Positions 1 to 9,566 of a DNA stretch of 64,000 bases are shown here, piece by piece. The notes below the pieces were generated by a model, which saw nothing but the letters and a program-made list of their open reading frames with translations, had not been told where the DNA came from and ran no database searches. This DNA comes from an uncultured Nitrospiraceae bacterium (GTDB lineage Bacteria; Nitrospirota; Nitrospiria; Nitrospirales; Nitrospiraceae): NCBI GenBank assembly GCA_963846575.1, contig CAWJWJ010000001.1, positions 544,001 through 608,000 on the forward strand, written 5' to 3'. How positions within the stretch are numbered: position 1 is the stretch's first letter; each line of letters starts with the position of its first letter. Both the position numbers and the translations under genes were made by a program.

Positions 1-388
1 CATAGGGCGTCACCACTTCGCCGGGGTAACGCAGGATGAGATTAAACATGGTGTTGAGGATCAATAGATTGGATCGGCCCGTCCCGTTACTCTGTCCGGT
101 CACATTGTTCTGGAAAGACAAGGCCCCGCTGTGGCCCGAAGAATCGAGTTCAATACCGACGAACCTTCTGGTGAAATGCGGAAATAGCCCCACTTTGATG
201 CCTGCGCCGGCTCCCGGCTGGAGAGTAACCGGAACGGTCGTTCCCTGATTGTACACATGCTGGTCACGCGGCCAACTCCCCAGCAGATACACCGCCAGGT
301 CGATATCGCCGAACTCGGCGCTCTGTGCCGACGATGGGAACACCACTATGGCGAAGAAGATGAGCCACGGGAGAACGAAGTGCCGCAT
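1..388 (-). CDS. Outer-membrane beta-barrel protein (OmpA/OmpW-like family); 3' end runs off the window
   Basis: Manual translation from ATG at 388: MRHFVLPWLIFFAIVVFPSSAQSA (signal peptide), then EFGDIDLAVYLLGSWPRDQ...GAGAGIKVGLFPHF...VGIELDS...NTMFNLILRYPGEVVTPY, with alternating beta-strand patterns. Open to the window edge; absent from the ORF track. Confidence 0.75.
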   Translation of the reverse strand, partial: MRHFVLPWLIFFAIVVFPSSAQSAEFGDIDLAVYLLGSWPRDQHVYNQGTTVPVTLQPGAGAGIKVGLFPHFTRRFVGIELDSSGHSGALSFQNNVTGQSNGTGRSNLLILNTMFNLILRYPGEVVTPY

Positions 389-432
389 AGGGCTCGTACG
401 GTACCATGGAGATGCTTGAGGAACGAACAAAG

Positions 433-474
433 AAAAAAGGAGTCTTCGGGGTAAATCCCGAAGACCCCTTTTTT
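433..474. terminator. Rho-independent terminator (bidirectional architecture) downstream of the TRL-like gene
   Basis: AAAAAAGG-AGTCTTCGGG-gtaaat-CCCGAAGAC-CCCTTTTTT: GC stem flanked by A and T tracts. Confidence 0.8.
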
Positions 475-493
475 AGACAATCAGAAACGGAGA

Positions 494-820
494 TCAGCTG
501 CCCTTCACGACCGTGCACCATTCACCGATGATGCCGAGGATGTTCTTGGCGGTGTGATCGACAGAAGCCACCTGGTTGATTCCGCCGGCTGCCTTCGCGG
601 CCGTCACGCTGGCATCACCCGTTGCTACCCAACCCAGAATGGACTGGCCGCATGCTTTGCCCTCTTTCGTGGCAGTGGCATGGTCTGTTGCCGTATCACC
701 GTACTTGACCTCAGTATAGATGCCGCCCAACATTGGGGACGCGACAATCTGACAGCCCGTGAGGCTGAGATAGGCTGCGCCGATCAAGGTCAAGGAACAC
801 AAAGCAGTCAACTTCTTCAT
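494..820 (-). CDS. TRL-like family lipoprotein
   Basis: 108 aa with lipobox LTGC; pattern KEGKAC..SILG.VA.GDAS...A....GI..V..VD....ILG....CT.V.G typical of TRL-like proteins; GGAGG RBS. Confidence 0.8.
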   Translation of the reverse strand: MKKLTALCSLTLIGAAYLSLTGCQIVASPMLGGIYTEVKYGDTATDHATATKEGKACGQSILGWVATGDASVTAAKAAGGINQVASVDHTAKNILGIIGEWCTVVKGS

Positions 821-991
821 AAGGCCTCCCTCTCGAGGTTTATGGTTATGGACCCGCCCAACCGTGCCCGGAGCATTGGGGGTTCTACTGCGGGCGGAGT
901 ATAGGTAACCTCTCAGGCCTTGTCAATCGCTAAGCCGGAGGCGCATCCCGGCCCGGAACAGGGACCGAGGCTGCCCTCACGCACAGGCTTC

Positions 992-1453
992 TCAGAATGA
1001 AACACCGGTCCCGTGGCGGCGAGATGCGTGCGGAAAGCCAGCGAGGTCGTGGGACCCTCCCGCCCGAAGACGTCTCACTTTTCCAAACGTAGGAGGAGCC
1101 AAAATATCTATACTCACCGAAAAGGAACACGTTCCTCTGAACATAGGCCCGCACACCGGCCAAAAACTGATACGCAAAGGCCCACGTCGCGCCCGCCTTC
1201 GATCCGTCCCCAGTTGAACCCTTCATGTTGGTTCCCCGAAACGTCTCGCTTGCAAACCCGTTGCCTCCGATTGAGATGTCCTTATCGACAGGGAAGGTGC
1301 CGAGCAAATAGGGCGCGAAATATGCCTCGGTTTTCCTTGGCTGCTTTGCGGCCGGATCGGTCGATACTTGTTCCTCCGCCGCAGCCGCTTGCAGGTCTGA
1401 AAATCCACCGCCCCACAGCACTCCCATCACGATTACCCGCCACAGGGTTTCAT
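992..1453 (-). pseudogene. Degraded outer-membrane beta-barrel paralog (frameshifts and an internal deletion)
   Basis: ATG at 1453 is out of frame with LWRVIVMGVLWGG. YFAPYLLGTFPVDKD resembles DLAVYLLGSWPRDQ of the OMP at 1-388. The sequence jumps from GSKAG directly to ATWAFAYQFLAGVRAYV...FGEYRYF. The last strand (SLAFRTHL / GVSF-stop) is split over other frames. Confidence 0.7.
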
Positions 1454-1568
1454 GGAGACTCCGTGTTGAATTTGACTAGAGAGACCTGGCTGTCCCGATC
1501 AAACCCAGCAAATTCGCACTCTCTTCAAGGGCTGTCTTGGCAATTCGCGTAGGAGTGTGGGGGAGGCA

Positions 1569-1593
1569 ATACTTAGCACTCTGGCCTAAGTAT
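1569..1593. promoter_or_regulatory. Inverted repeat, candidate transcription-factor site in a divergent intergenic region
   Basis: ATACTTAG-N9-CTAAGTAT, perfect 8-bp arms. Confidence 0.35.
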
Positions 1594-1753
1594 GTACCCT
1601 GTTTACCATGCATTGGTAGGCCTCCGTTCCCGCCCTCATTACAATAGTCGTTGGGCTCTGGCCTGCCCTATAAAGAAACCCTTCGGCTTTTCCCGAAGTG
1701 GAATAGCCAGGCGTTCGTCACTCGCACTAGCCATTTAACCTATGGGAGGAAAT

Positions 1754-2173
1754 ATGAGGTCTTTGGGGAAGTCCATCACTATGGTCGCAGCAGTACTGGT
1801 TATCTCCACGATGTCGTCCGGCTGCTCCGTGCTGATGGCCGCCAACCGCACGAGCTATCGGGGAGATGTGAATGTCATTAAGGAGGGAACCTCGCGCCAA
1901 GAGATTATCGCCGAACTGGGTGAGCCAGATTCATTCTACAAGCCGGAAATGGGCGGCTTTGATGACCGGTATCAGCTGGATCCGGAAGCCCATAGAACCT
2001 GGGTCAAGGTTGGTACGGTCCTTCTTCACCTAGGCGCAGATATAATGACCGGATTCCTCTGGGAATTGGCCGGAACCCCCTATGAACTGGCAGTTCGCGA
2101 CAGAGTCGTTATTTATCACCTCGCCTATAACTCCGATGGTAAACTCACTGCGGTCGAAAAAATTAAACCGTAA
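1754..2173 (+). CDS. Hypothetical lipoprotein (SmpA/BamE-like pattern possible)
   Basis: GGAGGA RBS; signal peptide with lipobox SSGC; G.SR.EI.AELG.P pattern. Confidence 0.65.
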   Translation: MRSLGKSITMVAAVLVISTMSSGCSVLMAANRTSYRGDVNVIKEGTSRQEIIAELGEPDSFYKPEMGGFDDRYQLDPEAHRTWVKVGTVLLHLGADIMTGFLWELAGTPYELAVRDRVVIYHLAYNSDGKLTAVEKIKP

Positions 2174-2391
2174 TGTGCGCAAGCAAATCGATTGTTGTGG
2201 GGCTTGGCTGAAAGAGTCCTTTCAGCCGAGCATTCCCTATAGCTCCCTGACTTCTCACATCCCTCCCACAGAGTGAAGCCGTCTCCCGACAGTTGAGCAT
2301 CCTTGAGGGTTGCTGTTACCGGCATCCTGTTATTTACATGGGCTTACACTGAGACGTCGTCAATCATCAGGCAGGCAGCCGTGCAAGCTGA

Positions 2392-4386
2392 TTAGAAAAA
2401 CGCCTGCACGGTGAACAAGACGTCATTGTCGTGATCGCGGTGATTGTATTCCATCCGCAAGGCCCAGTTTTGAGCAACCGTGTAACGTTGTGCCACCGAC
2501 CATCTGAAGTCATCCGACGTTTCGCCCAACGCATACCGTAGATAGGTGGTCGAGGCCAGCATGCGCCACCGTTCGGTAAGATCGGCATAGAACCCTGCGG
2601 ATGCGCCGCCACCGATGCGGTGCCGTTCAGCATAGGCCCGGCTGTAATTTCCCTCCACCTCGGCAAATACAAAATACACTTCCCGGCGGAGCACATGCGT
2701 TTCCGTCGCGGCGCCGATGCCGCCGTTGATGTGCCAGTTACTGCACAATTGACACTGTCGATGGGTGATCGTCTGCATACCGAGGTTGATCTTCCACGAC
2801 GGGGCCTGAAAGAGGCGATCGACGGGGGACAATGACAACACGTTGGCCAACGTGGCCCGCTCCACCCGCGTCTGTTCCGCCCGGTTATAGTGACGCAGAC
2901 TGATCGACCCGAGCTCGATTTGTGCATTTGGGGTATAGCCCGGCTCCGGATCGAGGAGATCGTGATAGCCCGCGCGCATCGTGACTTCTTCGAAAGTATC
3001 GTTATTCCTCCAACCACCTCCCAGGCTCGCACGGGAAGTCTTGTGGCCGAGTTCCGGCTGCAAGGCAAAAGGACGGATCGGCAGATCTTCGGACGGAATC
3101 CGCAACAGGCTCCGGGCCTTCAGGATCTCCCGGTTGCGTTCTCGTGACACGGCGGCCAGGTCCTCATCACCCTCTCCCGTATACCGCACATAGTCGGAAG
3201 CCACGTCCAGGACCAGAGCCTGCCGGGGAAGCGGCAGAGCACGAACCTCTTCCGACTGACTCAGCGAGGCATCTCGTACCAGCCGATTCACCAACACATC
3301 TTCCGACTGGGATACATATTCACGTTTACGACGGATGAGCGTCACTCGAGAGGGGCGAAAGGCGATATCCGTGACCAATCCCGGCTGGGCCGCGAGCAAA
3401 CGAACCGTGTCGGCGGGCACGGTCCAGAACAGAAAACGGTCGGTCAGGCGCAGTGAGGGATCCGCATATTCCAACAACGACAGGAGATGGTAGGAACAAT
3501 TTTCCTTGAAGAAATAATAGTCGAATGCGGCGTTCCCGAGTTCCCAGGCATGCATGAGCAGGCGGCGGATCTGCCGGCCGTCAAAGTTCAGGCGATACTC
3601 CCAGATGTCGCGATTCTCGATATCCCGGTACTCCTGCACCTTCAGGTAGTAGGGAATGGTCGAAAAGTAGCCCCGGTAGCCGCCGAATATGCCGCGAAAC
3701 GCAAAATCCAGGTTGGATCCAGGCGGCACATCGGCCGCGAAATTGATCGTGTAGGCCAGCAGGCGGGTTTGGGCCGTCTGGCCCCGTTGGTCGATCCGAA
3801 GAAAGGTATGTCCGAACATCGAAGCCGGGTTGTTCATGAACGCGGAAGGGAAAATGAGGGAAATCGATTGGGCCTCGAATTCGCCAAACCATTGCTCGAA
3901 CCGTTCACATTTCAGCGGCGCGAGACGCGCGTCGTCGAAGGCCAGCTGCTCCCTCAGCCACGCATACCGTGCAACAAAGGCACATTGCGCCGGCTGTTTG
4001 GAACGACCGACGAGGTCGGACGAAAAGAACTGTTTCAGTGTGGCGGCCAATTCCGCGGCGGGGTCGGTCTTCCCCACAGCCGACATGAAGAAGCCGGGCT
4101 CGTCCTGCTCACTGGTGTAGCCACCGAATAGATTGGCACGATAGTGCAGCAGGAGGTGCCACTCACGCTGGTCAGCCAATCGACTGTCGTTGGCCAGCCG
4201 GATCAGTTGCTGCAGATAGGGCTCAGCGGAATCTTCGGCCCAGGCGGGAGTCGTGAGAACCAGAGCGCCCAGCAGGGCACAGAAGATCGGCGCGATTGCC
4301 CGCAGAGAAAAAAACAGGGCCCCGATCAACGACCGGAGCCCTATCACGAGTGCGAACAAAAATTTAACGGCTGACGGCTTGTGCAA
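2392..4386 (-). CDS. DUF4105 (Lnb-like Cys/His domain) protein with C-terminal beta-barrel
   Basis: 664 aa; signal peptide; motifs SMFGHTFLRID and YYFFKENCSY; C-terminal amphipathic beta-strands ending in Phe. Start uncertain. Confidence 0.8.
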   Translation of the reverse strand: MHKPSAVKFLFALVIGLRSLIGALFFSLRAIAPIFCALLGALVLTTPAWAEDSAEPYLQQLIRLANDSRLADQREWHLLLHYRANLFGGYTSEQDEPGFFMSAVGKTDPAAELAATLKQFFSSDLVGRSKQPAQCAFVARYAWLREQLAFDDARLAPLKCERFEQWFGEFEAQSISLIFPSAFMNNPASMFGHTFLRIDQRGQTAQTRLLAYTINFAADVPPGSNLDFAFRGIFGGYRGYFSTIPYYLKVQEYRDIENRDIWEYRLNFDGRQIRRLLMHAWELGNAAFDYYFFKENCSYHLLSLLEYADPSLRLTDRFLFWTVPADTVRLLAAQPGLVTDIAFRPSRVTLIRRKREYVSQSEDVLVNRLVRDASLSQSEEVRALPLPRQALVLDVASDYVRYTGEGDEDLAAVSRERNREILKARSLLRIPSEDLPIRPFALQPELGHKTSRASLGGGWRNNDTFEEVTMRAGYHDLLDPEPGYTPNAQIELGSISLRHYNRAEQTRVERATLANVLSLSPVDRLFQAPSWKINLGMQTITHRQCQLCSNWHINGGIGAATETHVLRREVYFVFAEVEGNYSRAYAERHRIGGGASAGFYADLTERWRMLASTTYLRYALGETSDDFRWSVAQRYTVAQNWALRMEYNHRDHDNDVLFTVQAFF

Positions 4387-4873
4387 GGACAGGACTCTTA
4401 CCTACCGCATCGTTCAAAGCCTTCACGAGTGCGACCGACGAGGCTTCGCCCGCTTCGACCAGGGCCGTATACCGCTCTTGGGTCAGCGCGAAGAAGGCAC
4501 TGTGCTGTTCGGCAGGAATCCCCATAAGTGTGGCCAACGAGGCCAGATGCTCGCCCTTCCCCTGTGCCATCTCCTGGGACAAATTGTCAAAGTTCAAATG
4601 CGCGAACATATTCGTTTTCTGAGCCGCCATCACCTGCCCGTCATTCGTGCAACCCGAGGTTCCGGAGCTGATGCCGAATGTGCCACTGCCGAAGCTTCCG
4701 TTAGTGGTAGCCATCATGACCTGCGGCGCAATATTCTTCTGATTTTTATAATCCGCCCAAGCCAACTTCCCTAGACCACAGCCCGGCCCGGTATCAGGAT
4801 TTGCCGCCAAGGCCAATCCTGCCTGTGACACAACCGCGACGGCGCCCAGCACGACGAATAGTGTTCTCAGCAT
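4364..4873 (-). CDS. DUF3015 family periplasmic protein
   Basis: Signal peptide; GPGCGLG...TTNG....TFGISSGTSGC...EMAQG.GEHL.SLA.L.G signature; strong GGAGGAGG RBS. Confidence 0.85.
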   Translation of the reverse strand: MLRTLFVVLGAVAVVSQAGLALAANPDTGPGCGLGKLAWADYKNQKNIAPQVMMATTNGSFGSGTFGISSGTSGCTNDGQVMAAQKTNMFAHLNFDNLSQEMAQGKGEHLASLATLMGIPAEQHSAFFALTQERYTALVEAGEASSVALVKALNDAVGKSPVLAQAVSR

Positions 4874-4999
4874 ATGTCCTCCTCCTTTGAACAAGTGAAT
4901 AAGTCTTCCCGGATAGGCACTTCGGCTTCACCCTGTGAATATTATAACCAAGCGATTCCGTCATGTAGAGCAAAAAATTCCCTCACGGCGCCCCACGCG

Positions 5000-5494
5000 T
5001 CACTCAGCCCGGTCGGCCAATGTGATGTGCTGCGGCTCGATCGTCTCAGCATGGAACAGCAGAAGGCCGATGGCGCGCGGCAGATGAAACCGTTTTGGTC
5101 CGGCGGAACCAGGATTGAACAACAAGATACCTTCGCGCCATTCGGCCTTCGGTTGATGGGTATGCCCGTACACACAAATCAACGGCCGCGTGCGCTCCAG
5201 GAATGCGGTCCCGTCGCCGGTCATCTTTCCCTTTTCGTAGAGGCGATGATAGAGGGCGATCCGCCGGCCTGCCAGTTCGAGGAGTTGCTCCACGGGAAAG
5301 CCACTCGCTTCAAATCCATCCACGTTGCCCGACACCGCGGTGACGGGCGCAATCTGTTCAAGCTGCTCGATCACCTCTCGGCGGCCGATGTCTCCGGCAT
5401 GCAGGATATGATCGACGCCGGAAAAATGACGGACAATTGCGCGGTCGAAGCAACCATGCGTATCCGATATCACGCCGATGCGCACGTCGCACAC
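5000..5494 (-). CDS. Metallophosphoesterase (YfcE/MJ0936-like)
   Basis: Motifs SDTHG, HAGD, GNVD, GHTH, NPGS. Confidence 0.9.
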   Translation of the reverse strand: MCDVRIGVISDTHGCFDRAIVRHFSGVDHILHAGDIGRREVIEQLEQIAPVTAVSGNVDGFEASGFPVEQLLELAGRRIALYHRLYEKGKMTGDGTAFLERTRPLICVYGHTHQPKAEWREGILLFNPGSAGPKRFHLPRAIGLLLFHAETIEPQHITLADRAE

Positions 5495-5500
5495 CTCGCA

Positions 5501-6634
5501 CTATGTGCCGGGCTCAGCCTTGGCCAACGATTCCTGCACGCTCTTCCAGCCGAAGCTGAACGGTTCGGAACTCCGTTTGGACAAGACCGCGAGTTCCGCC
5601 TTCAATAGTTCCGCACGAGCCGCACTCATGGGATGGGTCGAAAAGAGTTCCACGCGGCCCTTGTCTTTTTCCGACAGGCGCTCAAAAAATGTGATCATGC
5701 CCTCAGGCGCGATGCGAGCTTCGGACAGGAGGCGAAGGCCGGTGAGATCCGCCTCGGTTTCCTGTGCGCGCCCGAATTTTAACGTGGCGAGATTCAATCC
5801 TAAATCCTTGGCGAGCCCGATCAAACCTTGCTGGTCCCCCACGAGGATGCTCCCCACCGCCGCCAACCCGAGCATCTTCACCATGCGCTCCAGCCCATGC
5901 CGCTGCAGCACGTGATTCAATTCATGGCTCAAGACGCCGGCCACCTCTTCCCCGCTTTCGGCCTTCTTTAACAAGCCGGTATAGACCACCACATATCCGC
6001 CCGGCAGCGCGAACGCGTTCACCACCGGGCTCTGCACCACGGAAATCTGGAACTTGTACGGATTGTCCTGGATCTTGTCGGTCAGACGATGCGTCATTTC
6101 CTGCACGGCATTGACCGCCGCCCCCTCCTTGAGGATCGTTTCCTTGGAGAGGGCATCTTGATAGACCATCTCACCGATCTGTTGCTCCCACTCGACGGGG
6201 ATTCGAGCGACTGCCCACTCGATCATGAGATCGGAGCCGAACCAGACCAGTAGGCCGAGACCGACGAGGACCCCCACGGCACTGCCCCAAAACAGGCGAT
6301 GGCTCTGCCGGGCCCGCCGAACCTGAGCGGCCGCCCGATCGAGATGCGCGGTCATGTCCGAAGGCGCCGCGCGACGAAAGGCGACGATCAGCGAAGGGTC
6401 TTTCAAATAGAGAGTCCTGGCTGAGCCATCGATGCTCCACGACAGGACCAACTGATCGTGATCCAAGCCGCCGGCTGCCACCGACAAAGCCGCAAATGCC
6501 ACGAACTCCTCGCTGACGGATGACCTTTCCAGCGAAGAGAGGCGCAGCCCATCCGGCAACAACCGGATGTGACAGGGCGCCCCGGCCGCGGGCAGGCCAT
6601 CACCGAAACAGAGTGCATTGGGAGTGAGTGTCAT
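5501..6634 (-). CDS. M48 family membrane zinc metallopeptidase
   Basis: One TM segment; NAFALPGG, HELNH (HEXXH), ETEAD, STHP. Confidence 0.9.
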   Translation of the reverse strand: MTLTPNALCFGDGLPAAGAPCHIRLLPDGLRLSSLERSSVSEEFVAFAALSVAAGGLDHDQLVLSWSIDGSARTLYLKDPSLIVAFRRAAPSDMTAHLDRAAAQVRRARQSHRLFWGSAVGVLVGLGLLVWFGSDLMIEWAVARIPVEWEQQIGEMVYQDALSKETILKEGAAVNAVQEMTHRLTDKIQDNPYKFQISVVQSPVVNAFALPGGYVVVYTGLLKKAESGEEVAGVLSHELNHVLQRHGLERMVKMLGLAAVGSILVGDQQGLIGLAKDLGLNLATLKFGRAQETEADLTGLRLLSEARIAPEGMITFFERLSEKDKGRVELFSTHPMSAARAELLKAELAVLSKRSSEPFSFGWKSVQESLAKAEPGT

Positions 6635-6785
6635 GAGAGTTGGGATCTCTTCGCGCGGGGCTCAACCGGGCAGCCACCCACGCCGCAGGTACAACACACC
6701 GGAGGCGTACCGTCCGGGTACGTTGTGGATTTTTTCGACCCGAGCCCAACGATGTCAGGTCTGTTGAGCGTCCGCCATTCAGTTG

Positions 6786-7469
6786 CTATTCGGAGACCGG
6801 GATGAACTGACGGATCCAGTTGCCAAAACTGCCGGGATTGCGGCTTTGGATGTAGACGACACCAGGACCGCGGAAGCGGCAGACCAGTCCCTCACCTGAC
6901 GTGAGACTGGCGATCCAGCCCGACGAGGCCTTCTCGATATTGTAGGTCGTCGTAGAGGTCCAGGCGACGAGATGGCTGTTGTCGACAATGTACTCTTCAT
7001 CCGGCTTCAGCTCGATCTTATGGATTGCGCCAAAACTATTGAGCATGAGCTGGCCGATCCCGGTGATCTTAAGGATAAAAAACCCCTCCCCTCCCAGCAG
7101 GCCCCGCGCGAAGCTTTGCATCTTGCTTTCGATCTTCACGCCTTCTGCTCCGGCCAGAAAACCGTCTTTCTGCACCATATATTCATTCACGCCATCGAGG
7201 TCCATCACCACGATTTCGCCCGGCACCGTCGGAGCCAACAGGACCTCTCCCGCCCCGCGCGCCGCGCGGAGCGTTTGAAAGAAAAATTTCTCACCGCTGA
7301 GCATTTTCCGCGACAAGGCGCCCAGGAAGCCGCCTTCCATCTTGCTTTCGATGTCGATTGTGGGCGACGCGGCTACCATGGCGCCGGATTCTGCTTTCAC
7401 CGATTCACCGTCAGTCAGATATACCCTCACCATCGGAAACGCGCCCGGGTACAGAATCTCGCTCTTCAT
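6786..7469 (-). CDS. TIGR00266 / AIM24 family protein
   Basis: Three internal repeats containing GE.F/LF motifs (SGEKFF, GGEGFF, SGEGLV); AESGAMV; VDNSHLVAW. Confidence 0.9.
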   Translation of the reverse strand: MKSEILYPGAFPMVRVYLTDGESVKAESGAMVAASPTIDIESKMEGGFLGALSRKMLSGEKFFFQTLRAARGAGEVLLAPTVPGEIVVMDLDGVNEYMVQKDGFLAGAEGVKIESKMQSFARGLLGGEGFFILKITGIGQLMLNSFGAIHKIELKPDEEYIVDNSHLVAWTSTTTYNIEKASSGWIASLTSGEGLVCRFRGPGVVYIQSRNPGSFGNWIRQFIPVSE

Positions 7470-7499
7470 TATGTCACTGCCTCCTTCACCTCACAGAAC

Positions 7500-9050
7500 C
7501 TAACGTCGTACCCATCCATACAATCGATGACTCGGCTCAGGGCCTTCCTCGAGATAACTCATCCGCATGCGACCCACATAATCAGACGGTACCTCGCTGC
7601 GAACGGCAGCGACATCCACGCCGAACAGTTTCGCGGCGTTCAATCCGAAAATGTCTGTCTTGGCCTCTCGCGTCAACGGCATATACCCATGCCGTTCAAT
7701 CAGCTGATCCGGCATCTGAAACCGGCGGAAGGCTTCGATTTGCCACTGCGGCGTGCCGGACCAGATCGAGTCTGTTCCCCACAGCACGTGATCCACGCCG
7801 AAGGCCTTGATGATTTGCCCCAGCAGATGCGCACAAACCGCCGGATGGGCGGTCACCAGTTGTCCGAACGTGGCGCCCAATTCCATATAGATGTTGTGGA
7901 TGGCCGGTTCCGCCTGTTTCATCCGGCAGAACTCCGTCGTCCAGGGGATGGCACCGGTCCTGGCGAAGGTGTCGTCCACCGATGCCGACGTCAACAGACC
8001 TGAGTGATAGACCACAAACTGCAGGTCGGGAAAGTCCCTGGCAGCCTTGATGAGATCGCGGGGATGATTGTATTCAGGAACCGGGCCGAGCGGAAGGCCT
8101 TTATGAACACAGATGCGCGGGACTTTTAGCTTCCGCGCCTGTTCCAACATGGGATAGGCGATCTTCTCGTCATCCATCCACCAACCCTGTTGAAATCCCA
8201 CCGGGCATGAACCCGTATAACACTTCCACGCATCGACCTTGAGGGTCTCCGCCTGCATTGCCATGAAGTCCAGATCCTTGAGCCCTAACTGCGGCGTGGC
8301 CAACCCATGCGCCAGCATGCGCTGCGAACCGGCCAGGCGGTTGATCTCATCCCGTATGTGCGCCATTTCCTTCGGCGGCACGACCGCTTCCTGGGGATAG
8401 GGCCCCGGCGGGGTACTGATCAATCCGATGGCGGTCTCACTGTCCAGGAATAGTTCTTTGATGAAGTTCTGCCAGGAAAGATCGTCGATGGTGCCGCGAT
8501 CCGCGGAGAGTTTCGGGTTCAACCCCGCCTCTCGCGTTCGCCGCCGCAGCGACAAGAGGGCCTGCTTGGTCACCGCTCCTTTGCGGTCCGCCTCCGCCTC
8601 AGACGGATCGTAATGGCTGCCGACGTAATGCGTTTGCACATCGATGATAAAGTAGGGATCCCCCGTGCGCTCTGCGAATGCGGCCGCTTCAACCGCTTCA
8701 ACATCCAGCACGTCGAAGAATTTGCCGAACACGCTGTTCATGGCCAGGAGCGCCGCGGCCATCCCACCGGTGGTCCGCAGAAAGTCACGTCGCGTGAGAC
8801 CTAACGAGGCGGCTGCCCGATCAGCCGAAGCCTCGATTATCTCGTCAACCCTGGCCTGAGCCGCTGTTTGCGCATGCGGGACAAACTCTTCATTGGACAC
8901 CACGCGAGTCGGAAGGGGCGATGCCGACAGCACCCCTCGCCTGAGTCCCCTCACATCTGCCATGCCTTTTGATCGCCCCATCGCCTCCGCTCCCTGGTGC
9001 GGCCCGATTCTGTGGAATGTCCCCGGTCCTGTCAAGTCGCGCCGGGCCAT
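7500..9050 (-). CDS. Amidohydrolase family protein with twin-arginine motif
   Basis: TRRDFL followed by a hydrophobic stretch; IDVQTH, CVHKG, YHSG, WGTDS metal-site motifs. The true start may be near 8963. Confidence 0.85.
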   Translation of the reverse strand: MARRDLTGPGTFHRIGPHQGAEAMGRSKGMADVRGLRRGVLSASPLPTRVVSNEEFVPHAQTAAQARVDEIIEASADRAAASLGLTRRDFLRTTGGMAAALLAMNSVFGKFFDVLDVEAVEAAAFAERTGDPYFIIDVQTHYVGSHYDPSEAEADRKGAVTKQALLSLRRRTREAGLNPKLSADRGTIDDLSWQNFIKELFLDSETAIGLISTPPGPYPQEAVVPPKEMAHIRDEINRLAGSQRMLAHGLATPQLGLKDLDFMAMQAETLKVDAWKCYTGSCPVGFQQGWWMDDEKIAYPMLEQARKLKVPRICVHKGLPLGPVPEYNHPRDLIKAARDFPDLQFVVYHSGLLTSASVDDTFARTGAIPWTTEFCRMKQAEPAIHNIYMELGATFGQLVTAHPAVCAHLLGQIIKAFGVDHVLWGTDSIWSGTPQWQIEAFRRFQMPDQLIERHGYMPLTREAKTDIFGLNAAKLFGVDVAAVRSEVPSDYVGRMRMSYLEEGPEPSHRLYGWVRR

Positions 9051-9230
9051 CGGTCAATCCGGTCGGCCCCGTGAGCTCGCGGCCTGCTCCCTCAAGATCG
9101 GCCACGTTTCAACCGATACAGTCCAACTGGACGCCCTCATGCCTGACGAGGGACTGAATCACGATTGGTGGACGGCCATCAGGCGGTGGGGGCCGCCCCG
9201 CCGAGGCGGCACACCCGCACAAGAGGCCCC

Positions 9231-9566
9231 ATGCGACGAGTCGTGGTTGAAGAACTCACGCCGGGGATGATCCTAGCCAAACCGGTCACGAATACAGCCG
9301 GGCTGGTCGTGCTTCCCGCCGGCGCCGAACTGAATGATGTGACTCTCCCCCGCGTGCGACGCCTGAGTCCGGCTGCGGTATGGATAGAAGGCGATGCCGG
9401 CGACGAAGGAGGCAAAACTGTCGCCGAATTAGAAGCCGAACTCGATCACCGCTTCCGCCTGGTCATTCACGATCCACTTCAGCAGCAACTTCAGGAATCC
9501 ATCCGTCTTCACATCCGGACTATACATGGGGTCGGGGAGAGCCCAGGCCCGGCGCCGCTATCATGA
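9231..9566 (+). CDS. Small hypothetical protein resembling the N-terminal domain of HD-GYP proteins
   Basis: MRRVVVEELTPGMILAKPV....G.V.LPAG.EL pattern; GAGG RBS; ATGA overlap with the HDOD gene. Confidence 0.65.
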   Translation: MRRVVVEELTPGMILAKPVTNTAGLVVLPAGAELNDVTLPRVRRLSPAAVWIEGDAGDEGGKTVAELEAELDHRFRLVIHDPLQQQLQESIRLHIRTIHGVGESPGPAPLS

